Shown: positions 1-12,799 of the stretch, piece by piece
Layout: each line of letters begins with the position of its first letter
Position numbering within the stretch: position 1 is the stretch's first letter
DNA from: Octopus bimaculoides
Lineage: Eukaryota
Reading direction: 5' to 3'
Assembly (NCBI RefSeq): GCF_001194135.2
Contig: NC_068982.1
Location: forward strand, 70,109,244 to 70,173,243
DNA: 64,000 nt
Notes under the pieces: generated by a model
What the model saw: only the letters and a program-made list of their open reading frames with translations
Databases searched by the model: none
Told to the model about the DNA's origin: nothing
Translations under genes and position numbers: made by a program

Positions 1-683
1 ATTTCACCCTTTTTGAATAGACTTGTGACTGGTGACGAAAAATGGATCTTCTATCGAAATGTTAAACGCTGTAAACAGTGACTTGGTAAAAGGGAAAAGG
101 CTCAACCACAACTGTGAAGGGAGCTTCATGGAAAAAAGGTTCTTATCTCTATCTGGTGGAATTGCAAAGGAGTAATTCACTTTGAATTGCTACCACCTAA
201 TGCAACAATCAATGCTCAATTCTACTGTCAGCAATTAGAGCGTTTGAACCAAGATTTGAAGAAAAAAAGACCCGCTTTAGTGAATCAAAAAGGAGTGATG
301 TTTCATCAGGACAATGCGTGACCCCACACTGCAAAGGTCACATCATAGAAGATCAAAGAGCTTGGCTGGGAAAAATTTCCTCATCTACCTTATTCTCCCG
401 ACCTTGCTCCTTCAGACTAGCATTTGTTTCATAGTTTACAGAATCATTTGGGGGACATAACTTTTGCATGCCAGGAAGAGGTCGAAACTGACATTTCAGA
501 GTTTTTCGCTTTGAAACCAAAAGAGTTTTACATTGATGGGATTAAAAAGCTTGTAAATAGATGGAAGGAAGTCATAGATAATCAGGGAAAGTACATTGAT
601 GATTAAATTTCAATTAAATATAATATTTGATCACTTGTTTTCTTTATTCAAAATTCAGACAGAACTTATGGGATGACCTGATA
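1..683 (+). mobile_element. Mariner (D,D34D) transposon, 3' half, pseudogenised transposase
   Basis: Frame +1 from base 1 reads FLNRLVTGDEKWIFY...WWNCKG...FHQDNA*PH...PYSPDLAPSD*HLF...GKYIDD* (stop 604-606), with in-frame stops at 79, 115, 319, 346 and 418. Terminal repeat-like end ttatgggatgacctgata at about 683. Confidence 0.95.
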
Positions 684-915
684 GATATCTCTCTATATAG
701 ATTTTTGAGCCAAGGAAGAAGATATCATCATCACCATCAATTTGCCATTATAATTATCATAGGTGTCATCATCATTTCATTTCATATATACAACTTGGTA
801 TTCTCAGATTCAATTTTCTTTTGCTATTTCTTTACCACTATCTCAGTTCCGTTTTAGTGACAGGTATTTCATCATCAGCCCTTACCAGTTTAGTCAATTA
901 CTTTTCTTAATTCAC

Positions 916-1137
916 TTAACCCTGTAGCATTTAAACATGCCATATCTGGTCGAAATGTTCTACCCGTTTTATGTTCAAACAGGCCAGATCTGGTCTCTCA
1001 CACCTATCTTGCAATATCATTCTAAAAAGCACTTCATCATCAAAATCCCAAAGCTTCAAGATAATGCAGGATATTTAAAACATTGTCGAGCAATAAGTAT
1101 TACTTTTGACAGAGTAATCTGAATGACAAAGGGTTAA
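916..1137 (+). mobile_element. TTAA-flanked MITE family A (piggyBac-type termini)
   Basis: ttaa-ccctgtagcattt ... gaatgacaaaggg-ttaa; interior homologous to six other copies in the window. Confidence 0.8.
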
Positions 1138-1175
1138 ACTCAGTTTGTAACAGGTCACACTCAACCCTTTTCACT

Positions 1176-1407
1176 TTAACCCTTAATGTGCGGGAACTGA
1201 GTGTACTTGGTTCCATGCACTCAAGACACAGGAATGGAGTTAACTCACTTTTAATAGTCAAGTACTTTCTGGAATCCTCCACAGTTCATATGATGCAGTA
1301 CTCACATTTTATTACTGGCCAATGGAAAGAGGCTGCAAGAACTTGACTTGCATATGATTAGAATGTTACATCACCAGCAAAAATTTAATCAGTGCAGTGA
1401 GGGTTAA
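1176..1407. mobile_element. TTAA-flanked MITE family B
   Basis: ttaa-cccttaatgtgc ... gtgcagtgaggg-ttaa; its reverse complement aligns along its length with 39337-39574. Confidence 0.75.
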
Positions 1408-2125
1408 TCACAGCAGATCCTCTTCCATCACTGCTACCCAAGTTTACCTGCAACATTTCAGATACATGCAACCCAGTTTGGGGAATGGCATAACTTTAGA
1501 GTACAAATGGTTTTATAATTCTTGGATGAGTAAAAAATAAAAGTGATTTTGACAAGATTTGAACTCAGAAATCAGAAATATCAAACGAAATTTAAATGCT
1601 AGTCTAACTACCTCACCTTCCACAAATAATAACATTTATATCATTTATTGATATCTCTTTGTGTATATTGCCCAAAATCTCACCAGCATTACTCAATGGT
1701 TCATTGGGGGTGGAGAGTAGACATCTATATAATTAACTTATTATTGCACTGCTTTTTTTCCCTCCTAAATTTGGGTTCTTCAAATTAAGAAAAAAATGTT
1801 TGAAATGGAACTGAATAAAAATCATTTAGTATTGAAAGATAAAGTATAGAAATTTCAGGTTTCTGTAGCAGTGCATATCATCATATCTAAATAAGAAAAC
1901 CATGATGCAAACAGAGAAATCATACAATTCAACAAGCAAAACATTCTGCAAAAAATGAATGAGTGGAAGAATAGAGGGAAGCTTTTAGCAAGGCAGCAAG
2001 TAATACAGAAAATTGGTAAAATGTTGCTGGACAAAATACAAATCAATAATGAATTAAATATTAAGCAAAATCACACACTTCAAATAATAATGATCATTGT
2101 CATCATCATCATCATCATCATCATT

Positions 2126-2308
2126 TTAACCCTTTAGCATTTAAACTGACCATATCTGGCCCAAATATTCTTTCCAATTTATAACCAGATCCAACCAGTC
2201 ACATCTACCCAACAATGTCATTCTAAAAATAAACTGTCATATCATTGAAATCTTAAAGCTATGAGATAATGCATGAGTGACAGAGCAACAAGAATGCTAA
2301 AGGGTTAA
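2126..2308 (+). mobile_element. MITE family A copy
   Basis: ttaa-ccctttagcatt ... aatgctaaaggg-ttaa, with matching terminal inverted repeats. Confidence 0.85.
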
Positions 2309-2319
2309 CATCTATTTTT

Positions 2320-2715
2320 CCATGCTTGCATGGCTCGGATGTAGTTTATCAACACAGATTTTCTTTGGCTAGATGCCCTTCTTGCTGCCAACCCTCACCT
2401 GTTTCCAAGCAAGGTAATATTTCCTGCTGGCCAGATGTGATTGCGCAAAATATTAGAAATAAACAATACTGCTTGTATAACAGTGACACTCATTTACAAC
2501 TATCAGGTAATGTCAAAACAAGGAGACACATCCTCACATACGCAAGTATGTATATATATATGACAGGCTTCTTTCAATTTGCACCAACCAAATCCACTTG
2601 CAAGGCTTTTCTCAATCTGGGGTATTAATAGAAGACAGTTGAAGATTCCATGCAGTGGGAGTTAACCCAAAACTATATGGTTGAGAAGCAAACTTCGCAA
2701 CCTCACAACCAGGCT
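2320..2715 (-). mobile_element. tRNA-derived SINE, family 2 (head tggttc..ttcagtcccact, 3' tail catgcaagcatgg..(GAT)n)
   Basis: Same modules recur at about 3655-4060, 5260-5670, 10580-10950, 34440-34820, 42585-42915, 43905-44320 and 57680-58070 (minus strand), and 15940-16250, 35575-36005, 54660-54980 and 58800-59190 (plus strand). Confidence 0.8.
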
Positions 2716-3410
2716 GGCGCCCATTATAAAATTTGTATATCCTTCGTATATATTCATTCATCTATGAGTTCTTTGTACCCCGTGGAAGAGAATTAAAAGT
2801 ACAGAGAAAGAGAAAGACAGAGACAGGGAGCACAATGTAGCATTAACATTAAATAAGCAATTGGTAATGAAAATAATTTCATTAATATGAATGGTAGGTG
2901 AAAACCAAGAACAAATACAGAAGCATGAATTGCAAGGCTCAGCAGAGCAAGTATTATTATCTGGAAGATAACATAATGTGGGAGAATATATAAAAGAAAA
3001 GAGTATGCATTGATACATGATGAAACATAATGCTATTAAATAGCAATAACCATGCTTCAGATATATTTTGTTGGTTACAAATAATACTAACAAGGTCAAA
3101 TGTCACACGGTCCAGTATTTATGTTTCTCATTCCATCCACTTTCTTTTTTTTTTTTTTTTGGTTTCTTTTCTTGAAGTTGTGTAGTCATAATTTGTGTCT
3201 TTGTAAATTAAAATCTTCCTGATTGTATGCAAAACAATTTGTGCAAATGTAATAAATAAATCTAATGCATTTTCTTCTGTCCTTTCAGAAATGTGTTTAT
3301 AAACATCTCAAAATTTGGCATCCAACCTTCCAGTTTTCCCAATCTTGTCTATATTTTTTAGCCTTAAATTTCACTTATTTTCAACATTTACCACTTGTTA
3401 AGTGATGCTG

Positions 3411-3600
3411 AAGCCTTTTGATACCAAAACACCCAAGACCGACTCTGATCCTATTGCTGTAAATTTCTTCTTTAAACTGATCTAAATTAAAATCCCCTGC
3501 CAAAATTTCATGTTATGTTCCAAACATCAGATTAATAATGACACAGTTTCAAACTTGAAACAAAGACAGTGTATTTCAACCATTTGGAAACTACTAATCT
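3411..3600 (+). mobile_element. TTAA MITE family C copy (ccttttgatacc... start), degenerate
   Basis: Aligns with 7887-8272, 27690-27923, 43072-43748, 50506-50760 and 51379-51520 (aaatttcatgttaatttatgttccaaacaccagcttaataatg core). Confidence 0.65.
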
Positions 3601-5687
3601 GATGTTTGAAATATAACATAAAAATATGTGTGTTTGTGTGTGTGTGTAATAATCATTATTTTCATGTCCCCTTTTCCATGCTCACATAGATCATACAATT
3701 TGTTGGAGTAGATTTTCTATAGCTGGATGTTTCTCCTGTTGCCATCCCTCAGTTTCCTATCAAAAACCAACCTTCAATGGTCTCCAAGTAAGGTAATATT
3801 TCCCCAAAGCCAAACATGTTTTCACAGAAGATTGGAAATGATGGACACAACTTGTATGACAGTGATGCTCATTTTACAACCATCCCACAATATCAAGACA
3901 AGGAGACATTAATACAAACACACACACACACACACAGGTCTCTTTCAGTTTCCATCAACCAAATCTACTCACCAATCATTGGTCAGCTGGGGTCAATCTA
4001 CAACATTATACCATTGCAAAATATCACTGCCAACTGAGATATACGAACCAATCTATGGCTTACAAGCAATCTGTTAAAAATTAATATAATTCTCGGGTCC
4101 TATAACAAATCCTTTGCTCTTTTCGTTGTATGGGGACATCTTTCATCCATCACACTTACCTTTGAACTATCTTTGAAGCTTTTCCCACCACCATCAAAGA
4201 TAAAACACGCATATATAAAATGGGAGGTTGAACTTATATTATATTGGTGAGTATGACTCAAATGAAATTGTCTAGATTCTTTACTATTTACTCACAACAA
4301 AAATAAAGTTAATTGCTTCTAGTGGGTCTGATGCTGAACTAACTAGGTATGACAAGCAGCTACAATATTTATACTAGACAAACAACTACAATATTTTACA
4401 TTAGTGGACTCAAAGTCTAATACCTTCTTCAATCTACATCAATGACTATCATGCAAGCTACACTATTCATTGTGGCCATTGAAACTATTATTAAGATGGC
4501 AATATTTTTAATATCATAATACAAAAGTGTCATAGAATATATTTCTACTTTGAACAGGATTCCATTTTCTCAAAGATGCATTTTGCTACATCTATTTATG
4601 TTTGTATGAAGCTGAAATATCATCTACTTAATTCCATAGTTTTCATAACCTACCATTTAGTAAATCAAAATAAATTGCGGTTCTAATTAACAATCAATAA
4701 CTTAACACTCTTTTCTTTAGACCGTAATCAGTAGACACCTACTTCCACCTTGGAAGAGGTGAGGGTGTTGTTATCAGTCAAGAGGCAAGACTGCCAATGT
4801 TATCTATACACATGTATGCAGGCCTGGATAAGATTCTTTTTGAGGATGACTAGCAGTTGCTCAAGCATGCAAGTCTCACCACCACCATGCCAACAATGTT
4901 TAACCAATGGAAAGCAACTACCCCACATGACTATGTAAAATACACATACTATGAACAATAGTACTTTTCATGTAATTCATATCAAATGTCAAATTAGACA
5001 CCTGGATTCTCATTTCCAGATTGGCGATCTTTCTTTTAAGGACTATGTATGACAAACATATGTGAAGAACTTGCCACCATTAAATAGAATTGTTTACTCA
5101 AATACAAAATCCTGGTTTTATAGCACCTATACCATAGATTCACTTTTAATGAAATAATTTCATTCTGTGGACAGTTCCATGCTTAGGAAATTGTATTTTT
5201 TCTGGATGTAAATAAGTCAGATACACTACATCATTACCATTTAATGTTTAGCTTTCATGCTGACATGGACTGGACTGATTTATTATCATCATCATCTTCA
5301 TCATTTTATAATGTTCACTTTTCTATGCTTCCATGGGTCAGTCAGAACTCATTGTGACAGATTTTCTATGGGCAGATGCATTTCCTTTTGCCACTCATCT
5401 GTTTCCAAGCAAGGTAATATTACCACTTACCCACACATATTTTCACAGAGAATTGGAAATGAATGACACTGCTTGCATGATGGCAAAATTTATTTACGAG
5501 CTGCACAATATCAAGGAAACACACACTAACATATGCACATAGATACATACACACACAATGGTCTTCTTTCAGCTTCCATCTACCAAACTCATTCATACAG
5601 CTTTTGTCAGCCTGAAGCTATAGATATGCACCCAAGGCACCACACAGTGATACTGAACCCAAAACCACTATTCCTATTATTACTTAT

Positions 5688-5803
5688 TTAACCTTTAGCA
5701 CACTGTATGTGCATCATGTCACCATATGAGTTTTCTTCCATGTAGTAACAGGCTAGTGGCAGAGGAAACAATTCTAGAGAAAATGCAGTGTGCTAAAGCT
5801 TAA
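5688..5803. mobile_element. Short TTAA MITE (family E), 116 bp
   Basis: ttaa-cctttagcacactgtat ... atgcagtgtgctaaagc-ttaa; 15/17 inverted-repeat match. Confidence 0.75.
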
Positions 5804-6183
5804 ACACAACTACTTTTGTTAATACTTGTGTTCTAGTTTGTTGGGGTTTTTTTTTTCATAAAAAAAACATTAGTAATATCACAAGAGCTTATCAAAACAA
5901 CTGTTGTCATCAAGATTAAAAGGGAAGGTCAAAAAAGGAATATATTTTGAAGCATATCTGTAATGTAGAAGACATCTAATTTTGTCTAAATGCACCAACA
6001 AGATAATCAGGAGAGAAGAACAAGGATGAAATGTATTTCAGGGTAGAAAATATTTCAGCAAAGCTAACAATATTTTGGCCCAAAAATAGGGTGCTGCATG
6101 CTTTGGTAAAAAGGAGATTGCTGTGGTTTTCTTCAAGGTAAAAAAAAAAAAATAGCTGAGAGAAAACAGTATTAGTAGAGACA

Positions 6184-6253
6184 TCACCTGTGCCAGAACC
6201 CTGGACGTTGAGTACTTGGTGATAGGGGAGCCTCATCATTACCAGTAGTCCAG
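6184..6253 (-). CDS. Host gene exon 10 in window (probable last coding exon): (I)WTTGNDEAPLSPSTQRPGFWHR*
   Basis: Acceptor ttttggtgtgcag at 6254-6256 after a long U-rich tract. Phase 2 matches exon 9, which ends in AT. The frame is open to TGA at 6184-6186. A weak donor (gtgatg, after 6188) is an alternative. Confidence 0.65.
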
Positions 6254-7280
6254 CTGCACACCAAAACAAAGGATAAGAACAAAACAAGAAGAAAAAAACA
6301 ATACAGACACAATCACAAATTCAAATTTAAAAAAAACATCAGCCAAAAATGAACAAAAAAAACTAGAGTTAATAGAAACAATCTGAGGTCTTAACAAAAA
6401 AAAAATTGATAACAATTTTTTTTCAGTTGTATGCCTGCATCCACAGTTTGTTTAATAATAATAAAGAAATACAAAGCTTCCTAATAGATACAGAAGCAAA
6501 ACGAACTCTACTATAATTTCAAATAATTTGATTTGAAACATCATCTTATTCAGGTTAAAAATTTGAATTCCAGGCAATACAGTTCAGTTATTAAATTTTT
6601 TAGGTTAAAATCATGATTACAGACAACATATCAAGTAATGAATTTTCAAGCTGGAATTATTCCAAGCAACTTGGTAATTAGAAAATTTAGGTTAAAGTAA
6701 TAATTATCACATATAGAAGCAGCTTATCAGAAAATTTACATTAAAATTCATTCCAAAACCACAAAACCACAACTCTGCTAATAATAAACTTACAGACTGA
6801 AATTATTTTTTCCCAACAAAAAATTCAGTTATTAGAATATTGAGATTAAAATTAATGATTTTCTTTTTTTTTTTTTTAAACAATGAAGTATAATCCTTTT
6901 AGAAATTTGCAAAAAAAATGAAAACAAGAAAATTTGCCATGAGCCATAAAGAAACAACCATTTATATCACAATTAATAAGGTGAAAGATAATTGCTAAAG
7001 TTTGATTATTTTACAAATCAATGTTTGAGACAAAAAAAATGTTTAATGAAAATTAATTTCTGTATTCCAAAATTAATTTTTATGATTATAACAATAGTGC
7101 CTAACTGTTTCCACATATACACACACAAATCTTTTTTGACTAAATACAGGGTTAATTACTGTTAAATGAGGGTGTTATACAATTGGATAATTTCCACAGT
7201 ACATTACTGGTACTTATTTTATCAATCTGAACGATAGAAGGGAAAAAATATAAACCTTAAATTTTAACTTGGAATATTGA

Positions 7281-7604
7281 ATCATCAAAACTAAAATGCT
7301 AAAATTTATTAATCCAACTGCCATCAAAACTAAATGCTACTTGTTTAGTCTAGCTGTCATCAAAAGTAAATGCTACATGTTTGGCCCAGCTGCCATAGAA
7401 GATAAGTGATACATGGTTGACCCAATTGACATCAAAGGTAAATGCTACACATTTGATCCAGTTGCCATTGAAACTAAATGCTACGTCCAACTGTCATCGA
7501 AACCAAATGCTACATGTTTGGCCCAGCTGCCATCAAAACTAAATGCTACATGTTCGGTATAGCAGTTATCAAAACTAAGTACTACATGTTCAACCCAGCA
7601 GTTA
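7281..7604. repeat. 36-bp minisatellite, about 8-9 diverged units
   Basis: Unit ctgccatcaaaactaaatgctacatgtttggcccag, directly tandem with no spacers; one unit is shortened to about 30 bp. Confidence 0.9.
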
Positions 7605-7886
7605 ATATTCTGTGCCATCTCCACTGTTCTTATGTTTCCAGAATAATAAGGTTAAACATTTTTATACAATATGGTTTAAATAACAAAAATAAGTCTATTC
7701 ATTTGAATTAAATTTTATATTTATCTAAAAACAAATTGTGTATTGAATGTTTCTAAATAATTAATCTTATCTGAGAGTTCAAACTAAATTCAGAAAAAGA
7801 AGTTTCATTTTCTAAAGCCAAACAATAGTAGGCTTATGTTTATAAAAAGAGGGAACACAATCTAATATTTTAATGGCACTAATAAT

Positions 7887-8272
7887 CTTTTTGATGCCAA
7901 ACTGCCTTTGGTTCAATGATATAAACTGCCCCAGGTTCAACAATACAAACTTCAAAGTGATTTAAACTTAAAATTTCCCAGTAAAATTTTATGTTAATTT
8001 TTCAAACACCAGGTTAATAAAGACAATGTTGTTTTGGTAAATTTTAAATGATCATATTTACTCACATATAAGTCACACTATTTTATATTTGCTTTTAACT
8101 GAAAAAACTGGGGTGTGATTTACTCATAGAGCAAAACTATAAAGGGAAAAAATTTTGAACCAAGATTTAACACTATATAAGGAATATAACACACAAGTGC
8201 AGCTTATACACGAGTAAATGCATTAATTGAAAGAGTGTTTCAACAGAAATATGGTACAAAGAAGTTAAAGGT
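7887..8272 (+). mobile_element. MITE family C interrupted by a Tc1/pogo-type MITE at 8053-8222
   Basis: Insert has TIRs catatttactcacatataagtcacact / agtgcagcttatacacgagtaaatgca; family C sequence resumes after it (attaattgaaagagtgtttcaacagaaatatggtac). Confidence 0.65.
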
Positions 8273-10134
8273 TTCTGTTATGTTGAACTCATTGTTAAAA
8301 TGTTAAAATTGCTTTGAACGAATTCCATGTAAGTTAAGCTACCTTTATATGGTTAGGAGTTAATACCTACAACGTGAACTTAATGCCTTTGACACCTTCT
8401 GTGATAGTATGAGTGATCTATAGACAGTAACAAAGAAAGCCAAATGATGACATGAAATGTTCTCTCATACATATGATGTCTACTGTATAGCAGAAAGAAA
8501 AAAAAAAACATTATACCATTTGGTATCAACAATGAAAAATAAAGATGGGTGAAGATTAGAGAAGATAAAGATGATAACCAGCTGGAGATACAATGCAAAT
8601 TTAAATGGTAAATTCAATACCAGCACCCTAAAAAAGAAGGTAGCTGGCCATTAAAGATGATGTAAGGAGCTTTTTTTTTATTTGTAAATAAAATACATTA
8701 GTGAGCAGCTATAAAAGAATAAAAGTTCAACAATAGGTGGAGAAGGGCCACAATTATTTATTAAATAAAAACTCCTGGCCCCATGTCACCTCACACAAAA
8801 ATGATATGATGACAGATAAAAAATAAAATGAAGATAATGATAATAATAGTGCATTTAGTGATGATGATGATGATGGCAGTGACAGCAAGTTGATAGTGAT
8901 AACCATCATAATAAGGATTTATAGCAACAACGTCGACAACAATGATATCTATGAAGAAGATAGGCATGATGCTACTGATGGTGATGACAACAGTAGCAAC
9001 GATAGTGGTGGATGTAATGACCAATTTATTTTTCTTTTTAATGGCATTTTCAAGTGAAAATTAGATAATTAAATAACTTAAGTTTCATTCAAAAATTTTT
9101 TTCTTTCCTGTTTTTTGTCACAAATAAAAATTTCAATTACAACAAAAGAAGAAAATAATATAAAATTCATGTTTTGAAAATTCCAACTTACACCTCATTA
9201 CTTTTTAATAAAATGCTTGAGCCTCAAGTGTGCAAGAGTGTGTGCGTGCACACGCATACATTCATGACAATGTTGAATAAACAAAAGTACAGCTTCACTT
9301 AATACTATATTTAAATGCAAAATGTGTCCTCATCTAAGAGTAATCAATTAGAAGAATGCTGATAATTAACTATTACTTCTACTACACTAGGAAGAGAATT
9401 TAGCAATAAAACTCCAATAAAAGACAAATGTCCAAATTTTGACTAAGAAAAAAATGAAACAAAATCTTGCTTTGTGCTTCCATTAAAAAAAAAAAGAAAG
9501 AATTAAAAATCAATACAAAACAGAAACAAACATTAGACATCTACTGAAAGCTTCAGTGACTGAGAGAACAACTTTGATATTAGATTTATTATTAATGATA
9601 ATGTGTTGGCAAACTGTCATCACTAACTAGCCAAGTCAACTGTGACTGAGCAGACTTATAATCAAAAGTCTCCCAACCAAGACCACCCTGTCTTTTAAGG
9701 TGTATCTAGGAAAATGACAACAATGATATCTATGGTGATGGTGACATGTGATCTTTCATTCTTAAAGACAGCAGGGTGAGATTTGGGAAAGATTTGGCTA
9801 CTATATTTGGCAGTTTGAGCATTCATATAGAAGCTTTCTTATGCTGGCTGCAGTGGAGCTAGGGATTCTAATCTTTTGGGCAGGGTGCACAGCTAGTCTT
9901 TGAAGTAAAACACAAAATGTTTTCTGATACAGCCATAAATAAATAGGTCTGAAGATGTAAGAGGAAGATAAACAGAAATGTAAGTGAAAGAGGAGAGGAG
10001 AAGGTGGAGAGAGGCAGGCAGGCTCAGCTACCTATGAAGAGTTTTACAGAAAACTATGGAACAATCTTATATAGTAGAGAGAAAGACATTTAAAAGGTTA
10101 AGTGCTGGAAAGTGTAAATAATGTGTGAACAGCA

Positions 10135-10184
<50 letters not shown>

Positions 10185-10310
10185 AGAGAGTGCATGCGAG
10201 AGTGCATTTGTGTGTATGAGAGTACATTTGTGTGAGTGCATTTGTGCATGCATGCATGTGCACATGTGACTGCATGTATATGTGTGCATTTGCATGTGTG
10301 AGAGAGTGCA
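10135..10310. repeat. (TG)n microsatellite and degenerate TG/CATG extension
   Basis: Direct reading. Confidence 0.95.
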
Positions 10311-11282
10311 GATGTTCATATATGTCTGCTTTTCCATTCATTTTTACATCTTGTTTTCTATGTTAGCATGGGTCAGATGGGTACATATTACTGAGGTATT
10401 GCTTTTACAGCCAGATGTCATCTCTGTAGGTAACCCTTACTCATTTTGCAAATAAGGGAATATTCATTCTACTCATCTTCAAAAATGCAGAACTAGCAGA
10501 CAGTTTTGCTGACAGGGGAATGCATATTCACCATTCACCATCTCTAGCTCAATGCTTTGTTATGTGAAACATTATTATCATCAACATTGTTTTAATATCC
10601 ATTTTCCATGCTTGCATGAGTCAGACAGAATTTTATGTGGCAAATTTTCTATAGCTGGGCGTCTTTCCTGTCACCAGCACTCATCTGTTTCCAAGTAAGG
10701 TAATATTTCCCCCATTGTCAGACAGGTCTTTACATGAAAGACTGGAAATGCACATCACCACTTGTATGACAGTGGTGCTTGTTTACAACCACCAATGTCA
10801 AAACACATACACATAACTGGCTGCTTCTAGTTTCAATCCATTCACAAGGCTATGGCTTAGAAGACACTGCTCCAAGGTAAAATGCAATGGGACTGGACCT
10901 GAAACCATGTGGATGGGAAGGAAACTTTTTGACCACACAACCAAGTCTGTGCATGTGTCAAACAACAAATAGTGAAGACAAAGAACTTCTAACAGCGCAA
11001 AATGGGGAAAGTTAAATAACATTTATATATTTCAGGCATAAAGGCACATCATCAGAAGTAAACAGAATAAAGTTTAAGTAGATTCAGTCATGATGATAAT
11101 GGTGGTGGTGGTGGTGGTGGTGGTGGTGGTGTGTGTGTAAAGTAAGAAAGTTTACTTCCAATAACTTACTGATTTTATATAACAACAGAAAACAAGGAAA
11201 CAAAGCTACAAATTTATGGCAAAATTTTGGTTGTGTCAAGACAAGTATTGAATCCCACATTGATGAGAGCTCATGAAGCTAC

Positions 11283-11322
<40 letters not shown>

Positions 11323-11326
<4 letters not shown>

Positions 11327-11636
11327 TCATCATCATCATCATCGTCGTCGTTTAACGTCCGCTTTCCATGCTAGCATGGGTTGGACGATTTGACTGAGGA
11401 CTGGTGGACCAGGAGGCGACACCAGGCTCCAATCTGATTTGGCAGAGTTTCTACAGCTGGATACCCTTCCTAACGCCAACCACTCAGAGAGTGTAGTGGG
11501 TGCTTTTACGTGCCACCGGCACGCGGGCCAGTCAGGCGAGTACTGGCAACGGCCACGCTCAAAATGGTGTATTTTACATGCCACCTGCACAAGAGCCAGT
11601 CCAGGGGCACTGGCAACGATCTCGCTCGGATGTCTT
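11323..11636 (-). mobile_element. Young SINE/LINE-tail element, family 3 ((GAT)n tail, catgctagcatgg, ggaagggcatccagc)
   Basis: CpG-rich and closely similar to 40927-41124 and 45955-46381; preceded on plus by (TA)n(CAT)n. Confidence 0.85.
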
Positions 11637-12799
11637 ACTGGCAAAGGCCATGCTACTTTACAAAGTAGTATTGACTCAATTGTATTAAATCCAAGTTCAA
11701 CTAAACACAGCATACTAAGATATAATGAAATGGCAATTATCTTAATGATTGTATCATTAGTAGCTGCAGAGTGAGTGCTCAATATGATATTTGCAATATA
11801 AACAATATAGATCTGATCAATTGTGCCTTGACAGAAACTATTCAAACAAAGAAAGTGTCAATTCAAGTATGAACTATAGAAGCATCAGACACATTTGCTT
11901 TTGCTATACCACAGAAATCAAAATATCTCAAGAGGATGTAAATAGTGATTACTCAAAATTAGTTAACTATTTCTCGATATAAATACATCTCTAATTAGTA
12001 AAGCAACTGATGGATTTAAAATTTAGCTCAGTAACATTCAAGATTATGGTGATAATTAGTAAAAATTAGTTTAACTGAAATTCAGGTTTTAATTAAGTTT
12101 AGGTTTATGTTGATTTAAAATGTTATTAAATCCAGCTCTTAGTTGATAGTAAAATAAGACATTTATAATTTAGTTAGGTAAAGCTCAACTCAAGTTTAAG
12201 TTGATAAATTAGTAAAATTATTGATGCATTTAATGTTCAAATTAAAAATTGATCAAAATTTTTGGCTTAATCAATACATTCTGCAATTACAATTTATTAC
12301 ATAAACATCTCGTTATTAATTTGACAAGTCAGTGCTAAAATATTTTACGTTTAAAGTGTTTCACTATTTAATGGTAACATTTTACTGTATGCAAGCCTTA
12401 TCAATTTAGATCACCATTAGATAAAATAACTACCTGAAATATCCTGATGTATGCAAAGTCATTTGGAAAATGGATTATTTGGTTAGGAAAAGGAAAAATG
12501 GAGTGGGGAAGAAATCATCATCATCATCATTACTGTCTTGAGTGCTAGGAATCATAAGGCTGGCTTCCCCAGTTTCAATGGTGCATAAGTGACAACATTC
12601 ACTCTGTCAGTCCATAACAGGGTTATTCATTTATAGCTGAGTTTCACTTGTTAAGGTCATCTCTACAGATTTTCTATAGAATTTTATTATGACATTTTGT
12701 ATGTAAGACACCTGATGTAAACAACAAGAAGGAGATACTACAAAGTATATCAAACGTTTTTATAAGTCAGTACTGTGTTCTATGTTCCAACCCAGTATT

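Noticed and set aside
1448-1493. 46-nt candidate exon SYAIPQTGLHVSEMLQ
   Set aside because: Weak acceptor and donor; a short open frame can arise by chance.
4160-4271. Further coding exon with strong donor AAG|gtaagt
   Set aside because: In frame (phase 2 to 0) but the acceptor is purine-rich, and exon 10 already ends at an in-frame TGA; kept only as an alternative.
7281-7604. CRISPR-like 36-bp repeat
   Set aside because: Units are directly tandem without unique spacers, there are no cas genes, and the context is eukaryotic.
11339-11845. 168-aa and 111-aa ORFs (and the 139-aa ORF at 45893-46312)
   Set aside because: They run through copies of a multi-copy SINE; the shared peptide LQLDALPNANH comes from the non-coding repeat.
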